A stretch of 24,274 bases of DNA from a virus. Lineage: Duplodnaviria > Heunggongvirae > Uroviricota > Caudoviricetes. The notes under the pieces are model-generated. The model saw nothing but the letters and a program-made list of their open reading frames with translations. It searched no databases and was not told the origin of the DNA. The DNA is taken from the IMG/VR virus record IMGVR_UViG_3300024518_005076. One strand, 5' to 3'. Below, piece after piece: positions 22,374 to 24,274 of this stretch; position 1 is the stretch's first letter; each line of letters opens with the position of its first letter. The translations under genes were made by a program, and so were the position numbers.

Positions 22374-24274
22374 TTATCCTATTAGTATCGGGAAGAAACT
22401 GGTCGAGCCAGAAGACTCACTGTCTCCGAGAGTGACCGTTGCAGGCAACGCTCCGTAAAACTGTGACAATTCCCAGTGGAAGGTTTGTGTTCCACACGTG
22501 CTGTCCGTGAACCCTGCACTGGTGCGGAGATCGGTAACCGCTATTGACGTACACGCTGCCGTGGTTGCATCAGTCATGAACGCCAGGAGATACATGCCCG
22601 GCGGGTATAAATCGTCGGCAGTCAGAGAACTGCTGGCCTCGCCAGTCGAACCGAGTGACAGCTCCACATCGAGGACAACTGCCGCCGTTCCGTTCGGCTT
22701 GAGCCTATATAGACCGACACGCGCAACCTTACCTCCTTCGCTGGTCCCAACCTGCAAAGCGATTTTCTCAAAACTGGTTGGTCGTTCGAGCGGATACGGC
22801 GTCAGGTACAGTACGTCATCTACTGGAACTGACGAGTCCAATATTAACCCAGCGCTAACCATAGGTGGAGGGAAAGCTCGGTGTGTCGTGCTGTTGATGA
22901 CCACGTTTCCTGGTGCCGCCGGACTATAGTAGCTGAGCGACGACGATAGAACTTCCCAGTCCGTGCCGTCACATTGCAGGTAGAGATAGTCGCCTTCTGC
23001 CATATACAGGTCATCTGAGCCGTACTGGGAAATTATGGTTAGGTCCGTATCGACCGTCAGCACGTCGCCCTGCCCGCCAGATGTAAACTGTATGGCAACT
23101 CTCTCGTTAGCTGATGGCGTGTTTGGCAGTGTGGCAGTCGCATCGCCAGTGAGAGTAAACTTTGCAAAGTCCCCGTCTGTCAAAGTGTAGTTGCTTGTTT
23201 TAGCTGTGACTGTGAGTCCGTTTCCGTCTGCTGACCCGCCGGCAGATGCTGCTAATTCGAATTCATCGCTTGTTGCGTTGTAAGCCACAACATAAGTATC
23301 AGTTGGACTGGTCAACTGGGCTACAGGCATAGCAACCACGGCCATTTCTTCGCCCGCGTAATACTTAATCAATCCAGCAGCGAAATCTGTAATAGTTGTA
23401 TCGATGGCAACCTGGCCATCAGTGTCTACGGTTGGTGTGGCACTATTCGGAATCTCAAAGTCGTCAGCGCCTCCGGCATCTATCGTGCCTGTGAATGTCC
23501 CCCCAGACAGTGTTTTGTTCGTGAATGTTTCTGTTCCAGCAAGGGATGCAACCTGGAAGTCTGTGCCCGCATCGTCTGTGTACCAGAACTCGTTCGGCGT
23601 GGCTGTGTTCACCCAGAGTTGCAGCGAGCCAGCAACGTCAGCGTCAGCATCTGCCTGTTCTTTCAGGAAGATCACTCCACCGTTGTCGATGTTGTTGCCA
23701 TCGAGGTTGATGTCTCCAGTCATTGCGACCGTGCCATCGGCCAGAAGGTCACCAGTCCCCATCGTTCCGTCTGACAGCGCCGTGTTCATCTGCGCGACCG
23801 TGAATGAACCCAGCACGGTCGCATTGCCAGTCGAGGTGATGTGCCCGGTCAGGTTGGGGATCGTCGTACAGGATCCAGCGGTCAGACTCGCTGCAGTCCC
23901 TGTGACATTCGTCATCACTCCGGACGCAGGAGTCCCCAGGGCAGGCGTCGTCAGAGTGGGACTGGTCAACGTCTTGTTCGTGAGTGTCTGGGTTGCAGAC
24001 AGATTGACAATCTCAACTCCCTCGGTCTGGATTACACCTGATCCCTTTGATACGAAGTTAATTCCGATATTCGTATCGTCGCCACTGGCTGTGAATGTGG
24101 GATTATTCGCCGTGGCCGCATTCGCATACGTAACCTGGTTGACTGCAGAACCAGTAGCGGTAAGCAGGAATAGCTCGTTACCGCCTGTATCCAGAATGGA
24201 TGTGCCGACAGCTGGGGCAGTCAGGGTTTTGTTTGTCAGGGTTTGGGTTGCGGTCAGGCCGACAAGCTGTTCTG
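22374..24274 (-). CDS. Tail-fibre/virion structural protein, 5'-partial (more than 630 aa)
   Basis: The frame stays open from the window edge ([18 protein letters not shown]…) to the stop at 22374. It is Thr/Ala/Gly/Asp-rich with [10 protein letters not shown] repeats typical of phage fibre proteins. The ORF-track start at 23969 is an internal TTG. Confidence 0.78.
   Translation of the reverse strand, partial: EQLVGLTATQTLTNKTLTAPAVGTSILDTGGNELFLLTATGSAVNQVTYANAATANNPTFTASGDDTNIGINFVSKGSGVIQTEGVEIVNLSATQTLTNKTLTSPTLTTPALGTPASGVMTNVTGTAASLTAGSCTTIPNLTGHITSTGNATVLGSFTVAQMNTALSDGTMGTGDLLADGTVAMTGDINLDGNNIDNGGVIFLKEQADADADVAGSLQLWVNTATPNEFWYTDDAGTDFQVASLAGTETFTNKTLSGGTFTGTIDAGGADDFEIPNSATPTVDTDGQVAIDTTITDFAAGLIKYYAGEEMAVVAMPVAQLTSPTDTYVVAYNATSDEFELAASAGGSADGNGLTVTAKTSNYTLTDGDFAKFTLTGDATATLPNTPSANERVAIQFTSGGQGDVLTVDTDLTIISQYGSDDLYMAEGDYLYLQCDGTDWEVLSSSLSYYSPAAPGNVVINSTTHRAFPPPMVSAGLILDSSVPVDDVLYLTPYPLERPTSFEKIALQVGTSEGGKVARVGLYRLKPNGTAAVVLDVELSLGSTGEASSSLTADDLYPPGMYLLAFMTDATTAACTSIAVTDLRTSAGFTDSTCGTQTFHWELSQFYGALPATVTLGDSESSGSTSFFPILIG
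23505..24248 (-). repeat. Three dispersed T[QE]T[LF]TNKTL[TS] peptide repeats
   Basis: Copies at 24219-24248, 23964-23993 and 23505-23534. Confidence 0.8.

Larger units (their letters stand above)
1..24274. mobile_element. Segment of a tailed dsDNA phage or prophage genome
   Basis: Terminase large subunit, tail-fibre-like protein, holin-like protein, Sak/RuvC/helicase/exonuclease set, many small hypothetical ORFs with ATGA/TAATG-type coupling, and no host housekeeping genes. No integrase or att site is visible, so free phage versus prophage cannot be decided. Confidence 0.93.

Noticed and set aside
1-24274. Restriction-site avoidance as evidence for or against DNA modification
   Set aside because: GATC and TCGA are visibly common, but observed/expected k-mer counts cannot be computed reliably by eye; a Markov-corrected palindrome count would be needed.
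23970-24274. Apparent non-coding region at the right end of the ORF track
   Set aside because: The minus-strand frame of the fibre gene is open to the window edge, so it is coding.

Overview
A gene-dense segment (about 45 CDS, many with overlapping start/stop codons) of a tailed dsDNA bacteriophage or prophage. No integrase, capsid, portal, rRNA, tRNA or CRISPR array was seen. Three plus-strand blocks (1-1320, 3357-6532, 9595-21587) carry early-type genes: Rad52/Sak-like annealase, ParB-like protein, RuvC-like resolvase, HD hydrolase, SF2 helicase, DnaQ/PolB-like exonuclease, Nudix hydrolase, HTH-metallophosphoesterase, HNH nuclease, two glycosyltransferases, two SAM methyltransferases and many small ORFs. 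Three minus-strand islands of late-type genes are interleaved with them. Island 1 (1253-3275) is a secreted trypsin-like protease with a collagen stalk plus three small proteins. Island 2 (6525-9575) is an unusually long terminase large subunit, a holin-like protein and a membrane-anchored stand-alone PAS protein with a FixL-like His. Island 3 (21580-24274) is a partial tail-fibre-like protein followed by a class 3 lipase. The most interesting hypothesis is a sensor-coupled lysis or envelope-breaching system (holin + PAS sensor, exported protease, lipase); no muralytic endolysin is visible in this window. All calls come from reading motifs by eye; no searches were run.
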